Shown piece by piece: positions 61,012 to 64,000 of a stretch of DNA of 64,000 nucleotides. This DNA is from Klebsormidium nitens (lineage: Eukaryota; Plantae; Klebsormidiophyceae): NCBI GenBank assembly GCA_000708835.1, contig DF237361.1, forward strand, positions 18,789 through 82,788, read 5' to 3'. Position numbers and translations under genes: made by a program. Within the stretch, counting starts at the first letter, position 1, and each line of letters begins with the position of its first letter. The notes beneath the pieces are model-generated. The model was not told where the DNA came from, did not search any database, and was given only the letters and a program-made list of their open reading frames with translations.

Positions 61012-63515
61012 ATGGCGTCCGCAGCGTGCATCGCCCGCCACTCCTCCTTTTTGGGCTCCCCTCTTTCCCGAGAGATCAGACAGCTTGCCAGCTTCAATTC
61101 CTTTCAAGCGACGCCCTTGCCTTTCTCTCCGCCTCATGCATCTCAAACTCAATGCCGTAAGAGTGGGAGCTCCGGGCATAGCTTGACGCCCAGCAGATAC
61201 TCGATTCAATTAGGAAAGCTCCCTGCATTGCCACTGCAAAGACTGAGTGTGGAGTCGCAAAAGGCCAACAGGACAAAATGTGCCGCAGCTCAGGAGAATG
61301 CAGGGGGCTCAGATGGGATGCCAGCTGCTCTGCTGTTTGACTGCGATGGTAAGAGCGTTTTTCTTTCTGTTCAAGTGGTCTATTCTTTCCTTTGGTGGTC
61401 TGCTCTAGCTGGAGACGAGTCCGCCTCTCATGGCAGGTAGAAAGGAGAAGGGGCAGAACATCTCTGTAAACTTTGGTACTATCTATTTAGAACCTACACA
61501 GTTTCAAAGCCCAACCAAATTTGTGTTCCAACAACTTGTAATGCAGGTGTGCTAGTGGATACTGAACGCGACGGTCACCGCATTGCTTTCAATGAGACGT
61601 TCAAAGAGGTGAGCAAGACAGCCTTACTTTATGGACCTCTCCTATTCGCAAGAAGTGCACAGCACGCTGCTTATCAGTTCCTTACCTTTCTAAGATGCAT
61701 CTACTGCAGCAAAGAGCAGCTTAGGTCTGGCACGCTTACTGACTTGAGTGCCTATGTTGCTCAGAAAGGTCTTCAAGAAGACTGGGATGTGCAGACATAT
61801 GGCAAGCTCCTGGAGATTGGGGGGGGAAAGGAGAGGTGAGTAGTTCTTTCTGCACTTCAGTCTTATTGAAGTCTAGACTCCTTGCCTGTTCAGCTTTGAG
61901 CCTAGGCCCACTTGCGTTTCACTTACGAGCCAAAACAACCTCCTCACTTGTCAGTCGGGGCCTGTGCCTGTTACTGGAAATACACTGGAGTATACATGCC
62001 ACCTCATCATGTCCCTAGATTGTTGTAATGCACGTCCCAATGCCAGGAGTATGCCTTGCTGGGGCTAAGAAAAGCCAGATCAGATTGTTTCAATTGACAA
62101 AAACCCGCTTTGCAGGATGACTCATCACTTTAACGAGGTCGGGTGGCCGTCTCAAATCCCCAGCGATGAGCAGGGGCGCAAGGACTTCGTTGCAGGAACG
62201 CATAAACGGAAGACTGAGATCTTCATGAAGATGGTCGAGAGCGGCGCCATGCCCCTCCGGCCAGGCGTTGCCAGGTGAGAGGCCGTTGCTGCGGCAGTAC
62301 AGGACCGAAGTACGATCGATTGTGCGGGCCAGATGCATTGGTGTTTACCGTGAGATAGGCTGCTCGTGGACCTCCATACTAGGGGCATGGTGAGAGGCTC
62401 CCCTTCTGTACGCATTACAGATCATTTTTGCCTATTCTATCCTACAACAGAATAAGCGCTGGGTTTCGAGACCTTGATTCTTCCAGTCCCAACATCTTTT
62501 GCCGTCACTCTCTACGCTCTCTGCAGCAATCTTCCCAATATCATCCTCAACACCCTCTCCGTCTATTACAGGCTGGTGGACGAAGCGTTTGCTGCAGGGG
62601 TGCCCGTTGCAGTCTGCAGCACGTCCAACGAGAAAGCGGTCTCGGCCATCGTGCGGGTGATGTTGGGTGAGGAGCGGGCTGCCAAAATCCGCATCTTCGC
62701 CGGTGATGTTGTGCCCAAGAAGAAGCCAAACCCCGCCATCTACAACCTGGCTGCCAAAGAGTTGAACGTGGACCCCACTAGGTTGGTGCCCTTTGCAAAT
62801 TGGTCTTTTATGGCTCGTTCTTTTAAGCTTAATCAATGTTTCCTTCCCGTCTTTTCTGCTTTAAGGACGTAACTTCAGCTCAAATGGGACTTCATCGAAG
62901 GTGGCTTGTTAGGTTTCAACTACTGTATCGGACAGCCAGAATAAGCAGCTGCACCAATGTCATGTGAGTTTTATCCGAACACTGTCTGATCATCACTCTT
63001 CCGCTTTCTGCAAGGGCAGCAATCTCCCTGATTTATGAGTTGCCGTACGTGTCGAACACTCCAATACTTAGAATCTGCCTCTCTTGCAGGTGTGTTGTGG
63101 TCGAGGACAGTTTCATTGGCTTGTCAGCTGCCAAGGCTGCGGGGATGACCTGCGTTGTCACAAAGAGCGTGTAAGTCCATTCCCCTCTCTCGGGTCCTTG
63201 ATTTGCTTCCACTTTTTCCTGAAGAAGGCCCTACTGAGAGCGACGAGTAGTTTCATGATCTGAAGCATGGGGAGTGTACATAAACAACGCGTTTCGCTGA
63301 GGAGGTCTTGCCGTGCTGTATTGTCATGTCGCTTTGCTAAGATTTTGTCATGTAGACAATCGACAAAGAGGTTGACGTTTCCATTACCTTCAAGGTACAC
63401 TCAAGCGGAGGACTTCACGAAAGCAGATGCGGTGTATGAGAGCATCGGCGATACCCCCAGCGAAAACTTCGGGCTTCAAGACTTAGCAAAGCTCTGCTCG
63501 CGAGCCCTTGCATGA
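61012..63515 (+). CDS. CBBY: CbbY-type HAD phosphatase (xylulose-1,5-bisphosphate phosphatase-like) with plastid transit peptide. Exons: 61012-61348, 61547-61608, 61765-61835, 62116-62274, 62572-62781, 63090-63170, 63395-63515
   Basis: ALLFDCDGVLVDTERDGHRIAFN, YGKLLEIGGGKERM, LRPGV, VAVCSTSNEKAV, FAGDVVPKKKPNPAIY and CVVVEDS.IGL.AAKAAGM. Ser/Ala-rich N-terminus. Confidence 0.93.
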
Positions 63516-64000
63516 TACCTTCTTTTGCCGCAATTAGAGGACGCGTTCGACTCCAAGTCCCGGGTCGTTTTTAAAATAGGAATCCGGCTAGTTATGATTC
63601 GATCGCAAGGCAACCGCTTTTGATGGCTACTATTGCGCGGGCATCATTGTAAGAAAGTGTCAGTTATCAGTACTGGCATCATTCACTAATTTCTGAAAAG
63701 ATCCACATCATGCACGTATCCGACTATATATTGTGCAACCCAGCACCTCGACACTAGTTCGACGAGCCACATTACTTGCATATCAGTTGCCTTGCACATA
63801 TATCACGAGCATTCATGCAGCCGCTCATGCTCATGGTCGACACAGAGGCCAACTTTGCATCAATCACGTATATTGAGAAGCATAAATGATCGCAATCATG
63901 CATGTTCGCGAGAGTTTTCGTTAGGACAAGGCCCGTTTTCCGTTTGCAGATTGCTGCAGGTGCAATAACTGCGATTGCTTAATCTACTGAGGTGAAGCTA

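Noticed and set aside
1-64000. U12-type introns, sought because ZRSR2 is a minor-spliceosome factor
   Set aside because: No RTATCCT donor was found at any exon boundary I reconstructed.
1-64000. rRNA, tRNA, CRISPR arrays, LTR/LINE coding domains, viral genes
   Set aside because: None recognisable by eye. A tRNAscan-SE/Infernal/RepeatMasker run would be needed to exclude short or degenerate ones.

Overview
Eukaryotic, intron-rich nuclear DNA (GT-AG introns mostly about 200-500 bp, GC-rich exon codon usage). The gene set and architecture look like a streptophyte/charophyte green alga such as Klebsormidium; this is an inference, not a database match. I reconstructed 14 spliced protein-coding genes and one pseudogene by hand. 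In order: eEF3-type ABC-F ATPase (+, 5' end outside the window), P-class PPR protein (-), TrhO/YceA-type rhodanese (+), ESMD1-like O-fucosyltransferase-family protein (-), bestrophin/VCCN-like relic (+), classical SDR (-), Rab escort protein (+), PARN (-), AP-3 sigma (+), polyprenol reductase (-), NSP-like kelch protein (+), ZRSR2/RGH3 (-), RluA-type pseudouridine synthase (+), TsaE (-), CbbY (+). All 15 loci alternate strand without exception. The tail-to-tail spacers share a CATG/TGCA/GGCC-rich signature. Other notable points: a 559-bp hAT-type non-autonomous element with an 8-bp target-site duplication in a divergent promoter region, a pseudouridine synthase lacking the catalytic Asp (HRLG), bacterial-type tRNA-modification genes (tsaE, trhO) with transit-peptide-like N-termini, and two probable GC-AG introns. 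I saw no rRNA, tRNA or CRISPR array. Exon borders were set by eye and family assignments come from remembered motifs, so both need RNA-seq and HMM confirmation.
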